Of a stretch of DNA of 58,027 bases, positions 22,746 through 35,239 are shown in pieces. Made by a program: the position numbers and the translations under genes. The DNA lies in NCBI GenBank assembly GCA_000442015.1, contig KE561064.1, positions 1 through 58,027 of the forward strand. The letters run 5' to 3'. The notes under the pieces are model-generated. The model was given only the letters and a program-made list of their open reading frames with translations, was not told the origin of the DNA and searched no databases. This stretch comes from Rozella allomycis CSF55. Lineage: Eukaryota. The stretch's first letter is position 1. Each line of letters starts with the position of its first letter.

Positions 22746-23175
22746 GGTAAAAGTGAAGATCAGGGGAGCCAGGTATGAGCATATTTTCCCGCCATTTTTA
22801 ACAGCCAATAGGAATGCTCGTCATTAACTTGCGCGCCAAAATTTGAAAAAGGAAATTTCGAAAAGTACCAACTTAGGCGCCAAAATTTGAATCTGAAATT
22901 TCCTGAAAAATAATTTATTGATTTAGTTGATATTTAGCAGCGATATGTCGTACCATAAAAGAGAAAGTGCTTACAAACTTCTTCCTGTACATGAACTCAT
23001 ATAAATACTCTTCCAAATGTATTCTTGTGTTAGTTCCTTTCATTTTTAACATTCTCTTAACATTTTTCCAACTATTTTCAATATTTTGAGTGTGAACGTT
23101 TGGATCTAAGGGAGAAACAAAGTTTTGAGAGTGATTTACTGTTTGATGCTCATAATCCATGTCCAGTGCCCGTAT
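22746..23175 (-). mobile_element. Merlin (IS1595-like) transposon 3' end: transposase C-terminus plus TIR
   Basis: HQTVNHSQNFVSP..NVHTQNIENSWKNVKR...YLYEFMYR; TIR at 22746-22770. Confidence 0.9.
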
Positions 23176-23176
23176 N

Positions 23177-23990
23177 CAAACATCCGAAGTCATTGCGTCT
23201 CAAATCATGAAAGTCATCGAAGAACTGGAAACTGATAAATCCATTTCAGTGGTCACCGACAATGCATCAAAGAGGCATATTTGCCAATGGGCGCGCCGCA
23301 CATGTAATGAATCTTCTTATTAAAGATGTCTGTGAATTGGAAGACTAACATGAAACGCTTGCGGAAGTACAATATGTTTGCAAATTTGTAAGGGACCATC
23401 ATGTGTTAGCAAAATTTAATGAATTCTGGATAGAATACAAAATCCAACGGCATCTTGTTAATTCTGTTCCAAATCGATGGTACTCCCAGTACAATTCATG
23501 TAACAATTTGTTGAAAGCAAAATACGCAATATCATTGTTAAGTGAGGAAAATGACATTCTTGGTAGCATTACCGCGAAGGATAAAGTGGAGAAGTTTAGA
23601 GACATTATCGCGGATCATTCTTTCTGAATCAACGTTAAAGAATTTTTAAAAGTATTAACATGTCCGACAACATTGATTGGAAAATTTGAAACGATGGCAG
23701 TGATTTATCGCTTGTGTACTCCAAGTTTATGTACCTGACACATGAATGGAAAACAATGCCTGATCTGAAAAGGTAGAAAAACTTGCATTTATCTATATTA
23801 ATCAATATCGTTTAGACAGTATGGACTCACGAGACTACATTGGTAAAAATGATTCAATGAGCGAAGAAGACTGAAGAGAAACACCACTTAATTAATATAT
23901 TTACTTACTTACTCACTTACCGGTATACTTACAGGTACTTACGGTAACTTACCGTATAGTAAATCTTACTTACCAAATTTGCGAGGGCTC
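23177..23990 (+). pseudogene. Degenerate hAT-family transposase fragment
   Basis: SVVTDNAS, AAHVMNLLIKDV and PNRWYS motifs, interrupted by stops and frameshifts. Confidence 0.75.
23900..23972. repeat. Degenerate (TTAC)-rich array with an 8-bp-arm palindrome
   Basis: ttacttacttactcacttaccggtatacttacaggtacttacggtaacttaccgta; TACGGTAA-C-TTACCGTA at 23940-23956. Confidence 0.7.
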
Positions 23991-24392
23991 TCAAAATAAA
24001 TTTGCGCACAATTTGCGACGAATTTTGCGAAAGGGTTTTTGAATTACAGATTTCGGAATTCTCGTACTTTTCGTTTTTTGTACTCCTTTCAAAACGCAAA
24101 AAATTAGAATAAATAGACAGTTTAATCTTATAAGAAGTCGCCGTCTGACAAGTCATTGCTTAGATCGTCCAAACCAAAGTTCGTGGACGAAACTTTACGC
24201 AAAAAACCCAAGATGGTGACTTTTAGAGAGTCTTAGTTTCCCAATGATACCTTGGAGTACATTTATTTATGTTTTGAAGATTGCTATGAAGTTTTGGCTC
24301 AGTCGCCTAACAAATAAACGAGCAGTACTGGGTCTGCTATCGTCGCACGAGAATAACTCGAATAAGAAAGGTCTTTTTTAAAAAAAAACTAA

Positions 24393-25824
24393 GGTAAACG
24401 TGAAGATCAGGGGAGCCGTTCCTTCCATTTTTAACATTCTCTTAACATTTTTTTAACTATTTTCAATATTTTTGTGTGAACGTTTGGATCTAAGGGAGAA
24501 ACAAAGTTGTGAGAGTGATTTACTGTTTGATGCTCATAATCCATGTCCAGTGCCCGTATGTCATGATATCCAGCCAATTCATCGGACAAAATTCTCTGTA
24601 CCCTTCTTATTTTTTGTTTTATAAGATCAGTGAGTGTGGCGGCGGTTCTGTCGGGCACAATTGAGTAAAACGTATTAGTTTCATTACCTTGTGCATTTCT
24701 CTCTATTCCACCAAAACCAATAAGGCTTCCACTAATCTTCCGCGGTCGTATTTACGTTTAGCGATAAGCGCTTCGTCTATCTCAACAATCATGCCATAAC
24801 CACCTATTTGATGATTTGGCTCGTGGGTTTAAATGGATATNGAAAAATAATTTATTGATTTAGTTGATATTTAGCAGCGATATGTCGTACCATAAAGGAG
24901 AAAGTGCTTACAAACTTCTTCCTATACATGAATTCATATAAATACTCTTCCAAATGCTTTCTAGTGTTAGTTCCTTTCATCTTTAACATTCTCTTAACAT
25001 TCTTCCAACTATTTTCAATATTTTGAGTGTGAACGTTTGGATCTAAGGGAGAAACAAAATTTTGAGAGNGATAAGCGCTTCGTCTATTTCAACAATCTTG
25101 CCATAACCACCTATTTGATGATTTGGCTCGTGGGTTTGGAAGTAATAAATGGTTATTTCGCGGCAAAAACGATACCAATCAATCACTGTCTTCTCCGAAA
25201 CGTTCAATTCTCTTGCGGTGCATCCCACAGTAGCCTTAGTGCTCCATTTGTAAATAAGCAGAATAATGGTTCTTAATGACAAGCGAGAATGTTCAAAGAA
25301 TGTACCCTGTCTTAATGACACTTTTAGCATTTCCATNAATAAGGGCTTCGTCTATTTCCACAATCTTGCCATAACCACCTATTTGATGATTTGGCTCGTA
25401 AGTTTGAAAGTAATAAATGGTTATTTCGCGGCAAAAGCGATACCAATCAATCACTGTTTTCTCCGAAACCTTCAATTCTCTTGCTGTGCATCCTACAGTA
25501 GCCTTGGTGCTCCATTTGTAAATAAGCAGAATAATTGTCCTTAATGACAAACGAGAATGTTCAAAGAATGTACCTTGTCTTAAGGACACTTTTACTCTAC
25601 ACGAACGCTTCTGGCATTTCCATATTACGCCGTCTTAGCAATGGTGCTTCTTTAAAGCCATNGTCCGGTATAAGGTGATAAAACCTCGGTTGTCCTTACT
25701 TCTTCATACAATTCAAGGAAGTTAATCGAAGTCAATTATCAGGGTACCCCGGTCGTTCACTGGCTCCCCTGGAACGACTTAGAAATTTCCGAAATATTTG
25801 GCTCCCCTGATCTTCAGTTTTACC
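24393..25824 (-). mobile_element. Merlin transposon fragments (several variant copies joined by Ns) bounded by inverted TIRs
   Basis: TIR GGTAAACGTGAAGATCAGGGGAGCC at 24393 and an inverted GGCTCCCCTGATCTTCAGTTTTACC at 25800-25824. IGGYGKIVEIDEALI and PDRTAATL...SDE..GY motifs. Ns at 24841, 25069 and 25337. Confidence 0.88.
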
Positions 25825-25940
25825 AAATCTAATCTTTATTGTTCATTAATTTTAAATCAATCTTTTCCTCTAGTCAATTTGAGTTTGTTACAAACATATA
25901 CATCAGGGAAAACCCACATCTAACAAGAGGTTTCCCGTCG

Positions 25941-27157
25941 TTAAAATGCAAGAAAGTGTTCTACCAATACTTCGGTCCCGGTTAACATGCTAAAGATTTC
26001 TTGATGTTCACCGCTGATGCATATCTCCATGCATTCTATCAGCACGCATGGAAGAGACGAAACATCATTACCCACAATACTCTGCAGTAACTACACAACT
26101 CCTTTCTCAACAATTACTCACAGCACCTCATTAAACGCCATGTGATGTGCTCATACAGAAAATAACGCAGGAAAAGTTCTATTCTCTTCCCGGTATACCT
26201 TTCCTCAGTCTCCGCCTGAGCTGGTCCGTCACTCTGACGGAATCAGTCTAAAGGCGATTTGCCCATGTACATGGCAATCGCGATTTGGAAGATCCATCCT
26301 TGCATTGTGAACTGGCTTAGGTGTGACAGTTCTCCTCAGAACTCCCGCCTTCCCAGGCTGATTCCAAAAGAATTAAGATCAGAGTGTTTATGAAAAGCGG
26401 AAACGCAATTTATAAATAAATCTAGTTTTAAAGCTTAAGTGGCTGGTTCCAGTCAATATTCCGAGTTCCAGATGACAAAAAAAACAATCCAAAACGTAGA
26501 ATCAAGAGCTGCTGGGACAGACCACACAGCTCGAAAATGTTCNTTAAAATGCAAGAAAGTGTTCTACCAATACTTCGGTCCCGGTAAACTTGCTAAAGAT
26601 TACTTGATGTTCACCGCTGATGCATATCTCCATGCATTCTATCAGCACGCATGGAAGAGACGAAACATCATTACCCACAATACTCTGGCAGTAACTACAC
26701 AACTCCTTTCTCAACAATTACTCAAAGCACCTCATAAAACGCTATGTGATGTGCTCATACAGAAAATAATGCAGGAAAAGTTCTATTCTCTTCCCGGTAT
26801 ACCTTTCCTCAGTCTCCGCCTGAGCGGTGCCGCCTCTGGTCCGTCACTCTGACGGAATCAGTCTAAAGGCGATTCGCCCATGTACATGGCAATCGCGATT
26901 TGGAAGATCCATCCTTGCATTGTGAACTGGCTTAGGTGTGACAGTTCTCCTCAGAACTCCCGCCTTCCCAGGCTGATTCCAAAAGAATTAAGATCAGAGT
27001 GTTTATGAAAAGCGGAAACGCAATTTATAAATAAATCTAGTTTTAAAGCTTAAGTGGCTGGTTCCAGTCAATATTCCGAGTTCCAGATGACAAAAAAAAC
27101 AATCCAAAACGTAGAATCAAGAGCTGCTGGGACAGACCACACAGCTCGAAAATGTTC
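25941..27157. repeat. ~600-bp near-identical direct duplication across assembly join N26543
   Basis: 25941-26542 matches 26544-27157 with scattered substitutions and small indels. Confidence 0.9.
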
Positions 27158-27560
27158 GGGCAGCTAGTGGAAACAAGCATAGGAGAACCAACGTTTGAAA
27201 AGTATTGTCTGTCAGGCCAACTGAATTTAAGCATTGGAGATATGAAACAATCGCAACTTGAATTATTGAAATCCCAAATATTTAAAAAAAGGTTCTATAC
27301 TGGTTCCTGTCAATGTTCCGAGCCGGAACTTATCCTGGTTCCAGATGCCAAAAAAACCAATCCACAACGTAGAATCAAGAGCTGCTGGGACAGACCACAC
27401 AGCTCGAAAATGTTCGGGCAGCTAGTGGACACAAGTATAGGAGAACCAAAGTTTGAAAAGTATTGTCTTTCAGGCCAACATAATTTAAGCATTGGAGATA
27501 TGAAACAATCGCAACTTGAATTATTGAAATCCCAAATATTTATAATAAGTTCTATACATG
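27080..27560. repeat. 258-bp-period tandem duplication
   Basis: gtagaatcaagagctgctgggacagacc... starts at both 27111 and 27369. No N lies between the two copies. Confidence 0.85.
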
Positions 27561-27839
27561 AAATCAATGTTGTCTGGAAATAACTAGCAATAGATAGAAA
27601 TTTATCAAAATATGACACTATTATACTGATGGGTGTAATTATAACAGTTAAAATTGCTTTAAACGTTTCTCTATGCATAGTCGCTTGGAAAGCGTTGGCG
27701 CTTGGTCCACACCGTTTTCTTGTGGCTAGGCGACAACGAAAGCGTTGACAAAGGGGAAAATGTCCGAAATTATTCATCGCTGTCGGCTCCAAGCTTGGGT
27801 CTGGAACCAGCCCCTAACTTATTAAACATTTTCAGGAAA

Positions 27840-28560
27840 ACTTGCTTCTGTTCGTATTATAGTCTTTTTGAAATATAGAAAAGCTTGAAAAGATATTGCG
27901 TCACTCAAGATTAGCTGCTACACAATCGACGTCACCGTAGTCTCAAAATATATATCCCATTAGTCTATTGATTTTCAAATGTCTTGGTTTGCCAATAAAT
28001 ACAGTGTCACCGAATTTTTTCATAGTACCGTTAAATCTTATCTATTTAATCTGCCATTCTTGACCGATGATAATCAATTAATTTGTGACTCAATCCCCGC
28101 GTAAGAATTTTCAGGTATGCAATTTTAATAATTTCTTCTGAACATAAGCACGAACATGATGATATCCATCCTCAATATTATTTGTACGTCCATGCATTGA
28201 AGCCGTGTTTGCATATTCTTCATTATGAAATCGTCTTTATTTATTCTGACATTGAGCTAAACACTTGTCGTCAATACTCAATATGAATTCTTTAAGCATG
28301 CCTAAAATAATTGTTGTCGACTTTAGTCTATTACATCATTGTTGTTGCTATACACTTTTATTCCGTTATTCCTAAGATAATTCCCCCAGTAACAATTGTT
28401 CAAATTGTCTTTCTCATGCTGTTAAATTTCATCTTCCTCAGACATTATAATAATGCCATCAACATATATGCTACAAAAAGCATCCGTTGGTTTGCGTGCT
28501 TAAGGCAATATACCATTCAGACGTGCACTTCTTAAAACAGACATTTCCCAAATCTGATCG
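27840..28560 (-). pseudogene. Possible decayed MULE-like transposase remnant
   Basis: The minus strand near 28160-28190 reads GRTNNIEDGYHH, resembling the MULE RTNNxxEGxH motif. Heavily interrupted. Confidence 0.3.
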
Positions 28561-28726
28561 ATATTGATTGAAGTGCGACTTCTACATTTTCGCCTCCATG
28601 CTCCGATCGGCATATATATATATATCGTTTTATNACCAAAAAATCTCGTAATAACTATATTCAAAAAAATTGAATTCTGAAGAAAACTGTTGCGTGGCGG
28701 CAAGTTTCTGACTTCGATCTGTTACC

Positions 28727-29919
28727 ATGGACAAATGATTCTTAGTAGCAATTCCAAAAGTAACAAATTAGCAATCATTTAACTCATAGATGACGCGGCT
28801 ATTGAAACATTGATTGCATCTAAATCTGCTCCTTCAATACCTACCAAATATCGCACCCTATATATTCAACAAGAAGAAAAGAAGGCATTCAATTGTGCAG
28901 CGAAACGATTTTATGATAAGTTAGTAGGATATCAAAAAATGACATGATAGATTGATACACCAGCACCTGGATATTATGATAAACCTAATACACTGAATGT
29001 GAATATTACAGCCAGTGAGAAGGGGAATTCATCCTTTGCATCCAAAGTAATATCTATTATGATCATTAATTCAGTCGAAAAGATTTGAAACACCATCTGA
29101 CTGGTACTGGAAACGGCAGCTTGGTCCTAATAGCTACTTCCCAAAATTGCCAAAGGATATGTCAGTTATGTCGATATCCGATTCGACAACACGATGCTTC
29201 AAGCCGCCGACAAAAGTTTTTAAAAGGCAAAAAAATTATGCGTTTAAAATTTAAGAGTAGTGTCCGAACCAATTATTGAAGATGAAAAAATGACTGACGC
29301 AGAAATCCGTGAATTAACGAGCCTTAAGCCTGCAGCTGCACCACATACTAGAAAACACAAAATAAAATCAACTAATGAAGCCAAAACTGTAAAGTTAAAA
29401 AGGCTCGGATTTCAAACATCAGCTCCAAGATGTTTGGAGGAGACTGTAATGCATGTCGCGCCAGGTGAGTATTCCTTGGATGATTATTATAAAATGGATA
29501 AATATACACCTTCATTTAAATACCAAAGCGAAAGAAGGTAAATTTATGACTGTTAATTTGTCAGATCATTGATTGAAAGTTGTAATCCAGCCCCTAACAC
29601 ATATACCTTGCCATCAATATTCAATAACAAAACTGTTAAAACTGAAATAAAAAAACATAAATCAAAAGAAGATGTTATATTCCACCCATCTCAACAAAGC
29701 CCGGGACCTGGAGAGTACAATCCCGGCAAACCATATAAAAAGTCTCAATCATTAGGGATTATGTTCTCAGAGACCCCAAGAAGTACTTTTAAAATTACAG
29801 ATAAAGAAAATCAATTAGGTTTCAGTAAGTAATAGTGTGGTTTTAGAGTCAGGTTTGCCTTTGGATGATGCTTTGCATAAAAGATCATTTCATCATAACG
29901 TACAAAATAAATGGATTTA
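28727..29919 (+). CDS. STPG1/SHIPPO (sperm-tail PG-rich repeat) axonemal protein
   Basis: APSIPTKY, AFNCAAKRF, TPAPGYYD, APGEY, PAPNTY and SPGPGEYNP repeats. Several micro-introns. Confidence 0.8.
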
Positions 29920-29927
29920 AGCTTTTA

Positions 29928-31540
29928 TTAAATCTTTAATGTTGAAATATGCGAATTATTGGTTCCATTGAAGAATATTATACCAGAAGCAGGAACGTAT
30001 TGATTAGTTAGTAGTTTAATGATTTCTTGTGATGCGACGCCCCCAATAAACGAGGCTATGTTATGAAGTTGACATCCCTGATAGCGTATTCTAAAATAAC
30101 AAAAATGAGTGCATTACATTTCCTTGATAGCATCTTGGTGAATTTCGAAATCACACGTAGATTTGACAAAAGATTGAAAACTATCAACGTTTTGTTGGCT
30201 AGGATATTTTCCAAAGGTTTCCTTGAATTTGTCTGCCAATTTAAGTGAATAGTAGAGGTTTAAATCAATGTCACTTGTGAATTTCCAACGATTGGATTCA
30301 TCGGCAAGTAAGGGGAAATTCAGAACTTTTATCTGATGGCAATTCTTAAAAAAATCTTCAATTTCTTCTTCAGAAATAAAATTATCTGACAGATTGTTAA
30401 TCTGCATTTGTCTCTTTAAAATGTCATTGAAGTTGTTCTTGTCATTATTAGATTTGTTTTTATAACTAAATGAACGTTAATAATGATAACTTACATTCCT
30501 TGTAGCATTATGTAGCTTTCAGTGTCAGAATGCATATCAGGCAAAGCACCATTCAATGGAAGTCGAGAATTTTCGTCATAGAATACTTTCAATGCTTTAA
30601 CAAGTATCCAGAAAGGCGTTAAATCTTCTCTTGGAACGTTTCTTGATTTTTCAAACAATCCATTTAGCTCTTTCATATCAAATTTAGACCAAACTTTGTG
30701 AGCGAAATGTAAAGCCTCATTAAAGTTTTCCTCGTCGCCAGTTTTCTGTTTCTTTTTTATCATTTTCTTAAAGGAATCTTTATCTTGACTAGTTTCAGGG
30801 TGTCTTCCATGAATCTATAAACAAATGGATAAATTTGGTACCTTTTTGAATTCATTTAACACTTTCAATAAAATTACAACAAATGGAATGTGTGAATATT
30901 CCAAAGATGACATTGATTCCATATCAATTGAATCGCAATAATTGCATAGTTCTTCAAAAGGTTTATTCAAACAAAGATCAAAATACTTATTTTCTTGACG
31001 TGAATTGAGGACACAATGCTTCGATAAAGATATCTGAGTGTACCCTACAAGACCGTAAGACCTACAAAGAATCAATGGAATATTTCTTTGTCTTGAATAG
31101 CTCTCTAATTTTTCCAATGATTTTTCAGGCATTTGGTCAGCAACAATAATCAAATTAAATTCATCAAACACTGAAAACTTATCATTTCCAATTAATTCAA
31201 TTGGATTTTCTGCAATAAAATTAGTGACTACATTTTCATTCAATTGCGATAAAATTTCTATTGCTTCTGCCCCTCTTTGGGCAGATGCTTTTCTCGAGAA
31301 AAAATTCCTTCCTATTTCACTTTCACGGTTGACGGCATTATCTATGATTGTAACCTGACCTATTCCAGGCAATACCAAATTCTTTAATGTCTCTGTTCCT
31401 GTTGCAGTTGCGAATAACAAACAAACATGTGATTTCTCTAATTTTACTTGTCCGTGTTCTTCCCAAAGTCATTTTAAATGATTTGAATATATTTACCTGA
31501 GTTGTCGATCATAGCGAATGGTTTTCTGACTAACTTCCAT
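29928..31540 (-). CDS. NAE1: NEDD8-activating enzyme E1 regulatory subunit (NAE1/APPBP1/Ula1)
   Basis: RYDRQLR|LW, ATATGTETLKNLVLPGIG, HIPFVVIL, ENFNEA, LPLNGALPDM and ASQEIIKLLTNQYVP motifs. Confidence 0.95.
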
Positions 31541-31678
31541 TTAAATAAGAAATTCCAAGCCCCTACCTAGAATGAAAACCTGAACACGATTATTAATTCA
31601 AAACCCTTGGAGTTAAAAATAATATTAATGCGAAAATTGCATACCGCACCGCGGTTATAAGCATGAAATATCAGTTTT

Positions 31679-32351
31679 TTAAAATTTTATTGTTGGTGGT
31701 AATGTAGAAGGTATTTGAAACGTCCCATTTTTATGAAAGCTAGAAAGACAGCAATCAATTAAATAAAGACCAACACAAAACTCTTCTTTTGACAGCAATC
31801 CGTCCTTGTCATAATCCGCGAGATCCCTATTAAACGTAATAACATGAATTACCAAATTTTTGCCAATTCAAGCGAATCCAATCTGCTCTTTTCATAAACA
31901 TTTTTCACTTCAGGTCCCTGCATCTTTTCACCGCGACTGAACTTGACAAAACAGTCACTGTATCTTGATCTCATTGCCTGATCTATTGGCAGCCAAAAAG
32001 TTTCCACATTATCCATCAAAGATTCTCTGCTCTGATTCAACGCGGTCTTTGTTTGAGAAGACGGGGTTTCAGGACGCCTAATGGGAAGCGGCGGGGGAAC
32101 ATGCATACGCGGAGGAAGAGGCGGTGTTGAATCTTCATTATCGTCGAATTTAACATAGCAATTGGGGAATAACCCTGTTTGATTTGTTTTCAATCTTGTT
32201 CCGATGCTCCATCCAGCTTCTTTTGCTGGAGTAACTATAATAATAGTAAAATCAGAGTGATACTGTTTATTATAATGTCGTTTTTGTCGAATTCAAGCTC
32301 ATCTGCTGCATCTGGAGTACAAGGATATAGGGCAATGCCAGATCTACTCAT
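31679..32351 (-). CDS. SH3 + proline-rich + EH-domain protein
   Basis: ALYPC..DAADELEF..ND, GLFPNCYV, PPLPPR, and KSRLDSLELAKIW|DLADYDKDGLLSKEEF. Confidence 0.85.
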
Positions 32352-32451
32352 TGTGAAATTTCGAATACACCTTTCTTTCGAACAAATAGCTATAATTTAC
32401 TTTAGTTTTTAAAAGCTCATAAAATGACTAAGATATATTAATAAAAATATT

Positions 32452-35043
32452 CTATTTATTTATTCCCACTCCTTGAAATGTGCCGGTCATTGAAATTTCA
32501 TTTTCCAGAGGAAGATATGTTGCATTTTGCATGGAGGGCGTGTAGCAACAATCAGCTGCAGGAACCTTGAAAACATCTATGAAATTGGCTTCGTCTTTGG
32601 GGTTTAATAAATAATAGAGCAAGTCGCGACAATAGACTGGAGAAAATTGAGGATCCACAGCCAGCGATACATGCATATAAGGGCATTCCTTGTCGATAAT
32701 AGTTAAAAGTTCATATTTATCATTGATTGAATGTTTATCAAAGAACACCTGCGATGAAGAAGAGTCTTGGAGATGAAGATCAACGAGTTTAACATGTAAG
32801 GCAACGGAATAATTATCGTAATAGATTGCTTTAATGTTGAAGAGAACTTCAAATTTAGAGAATTCGTGAAAGAGATCAGAAAGCATTAAATATGCTGAAT
32901 CGCAGTTGTTTGAATGAGAGAGAGTGATGTGATAACATTTTAATTTTGTGGAATCTTCTCTGGGAGTTAAAAGACCTTTTTGATCAAATTGTTGTAAGAT
33001 TGATAAAGCAGGGGTAGGTAATGATTCAAAAAGAAACTTTTTTACTAAAAATTCGTGTTGTAGAATAATCCCATAATATTTGTAATATTGAATGCCTGAT
33101 TCTTTAGTTAGAACCTCTTGAAATGAAACGGCATAATCTATGGAAATAACTTTAGCAGGGAAATTATACAGATTTATTTTTTCGAAATATTTTGACCATT
33201 TTGTTTCACTTTTTGTAATAAAATTGTAATAAATTTTAGATTTTTCTTTTAAATTATCAAAAATTGCATCAAATCGTTTTCCTAATTCAATTTCTGGTGG
33301 CACAATTGAAACTGAAAAAGCTTTAAATTCTTTTTTGTTGAAAGGTTCGTTTGCTTTTACTGAAGATTTTATAACTTGATCATAATGAGAAACTGTTTGA
33401 GGGGTCATTGTTGAATTAAAATTGCCACGATTTTCAACTCTACGAATTAAGACGTTGGAATCCTTTGTTGAACAATCAATGATGTGAACTTTAGCGTGTT
33501 CAAAATAACTTAAATGATTGAATAACAATTTTCTAGCTCTGGAATTTATATTCATTTTATCACAAATGACAATTTCAGTTTCAGATTCATTTAAATGAGA
33601 AATAACTTTTGATTCAAACGGATTTTTTATATAAAAGTTTTTGTTTGGCACTTTATCTGAAATCACGTGCTCAATTCTAAATTCTTTCAACGTATCCGCA
33701 ATTGCCCTGGCCAAAGTGGACTTTGAAGATCCTTGAGCACCAATCATTACAAACACATGCTTTTCAGGCAATTCAGTATTTAAAAATGTTTCAACAGTTG
33801 CATTCAAATAGAACTCACGCCCAAACAAGCTAATTATCTTATTCTCCAACCATTCAAAGAAATAATCCAATAAAGGCAAATTTGATGAACATTTTCCAAA
33901 TCCTTTCAAGACAAGCGAATTTCCTTTTTGTTGTTCAGAATAAAAGAACAAAATTATCTCTCTCGTAAATTTATTCATCAAAGGACAAACTTTATTGCCA
34001 AACGCTTCACTTCCCGCCAAAAGCGATCTTAGAATTTCCCTAATATGTCTTCTAAATCCATAATGATTTTTAATCTCTGAAATTTTACTGTTTGGATTCA
34101 ATTTCATAACTTTCCATTTAAAGAAAAATGAAGAATCATTAGCATAAACAATCACCCCTTCTGAATGCTCTCCCATCACAATCCCAGTCTTGATTATCCC
34201 ATTCAACTTTTCATTTAAATAACTTTTATTAATCTTTTCATATCTGGTCATCTTCAGTCCAAATTTATTTGTCAATTCATTTAGATCCGGCAACGGCATT
34301 AGTTTATACGGGTAACTCATTTCTCTACATGCAATAACAACAACGGTCGGTTCATCAAATCCAGACCAACTAACGTGAGGATCATTAACATCATCCAACA
34401 ATTCAAAAATCAGTGAGTATTTTGGACCTGAATTCAAAAAAGTTATCAATTCATTCGTTTTCTCATCCAAATCTTTTTCATTCACTTCAACAAATTGTTT
34501 GATAAAACAATAACGCACCATCTCTGCGTGTTTGTACCAGCCATTATTTTGATTTCCATGAACACATGATTTAGAACAGAATAAAATATCCTTCAAACTA
34601 TTTTTATCGTATTTGCCGTCCGCATTCGGCTTGCAGTAAAACGCTGACATACCACTATTCTAAACTATACACAAATCTTACCCAAATGCACCATTCAACT
34701 TGAAAGAAAGATAAACATCATCATCCTCAATATTATCAATCGCACTTTCCAATGTTTCCAATTTGGGCACACACACTCTTCCATTCTCAACGTCCTTTAC
34801 CTTTTCCCCCACATTAAACATCTTTAACAATGGCGAAAAGGCAACTTGGCCAGTTTCTGCATCGAAAAAACCTCCACGGAAATTAAAAGGTGCTCGGTTA
34901 TACGCGAAAAGTGATTCGTCAACAACTTTAAAAAATACAAGCTGGTGTTCGGAATATGATGATTTAAAACTTAATTCTTTCACTTTTACGGATTTAGGAT
35001 ACTGATCTGCAAAAGACTTCCATTGTTCCAAAGGCGTTTGCAT
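32452..35043 (-). CDS. Trl1-type trifunctional tRNA/RNA ligase (Rnl1 adenylyltransferase + polynucleotide kinase + 2H cyclic phosphodiesterase)
   Basis: KMFNVGE, motif I FKLNG, FELLDDVNDPHV, SEGVIV, FFFKWK, P-loop GAQGSSKST, DKMN, and 2H motifs HITL and HVSL. Intron 34655-34681. Confidence 0.88.
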
Positions 35044-35239
35044 CTCTAGTGGCTGATAGTTTTGACTGTCGCTGCAACCATTTAAGGGTGATATATTTAA
35101 ATCGGCCTCTTAAAATATTTTTAATTTTATACTTTTGATATGTTATATTTGACAATATTTGAATTCTAAACATTACTTGCAATTATGCTCATGCCCAGAA
35201 TTCATAATTGTTGCTGTATCTTGGTAACATACGTAATCC

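Noticed and set aside
22738-25832. A single 3-kb composite Merlin element carrying hAT cargo
   Set aside because: The flanks TTTGTTTT and AAATCTAA are not a TSD, and four N joins intervene.
25941-27560. Repeats considered as a CRISPR-like array or LTRs
   Set aside because: There is no short repeat-spacer periodicity and no TG...CA ends, PBS or RT/integrase. The large pair straddles an assembly N.
28612-28625. (AT)n microsatellite
   Set aside because: It is short and expected in AT-rich DNA, and lies next to a contig join.
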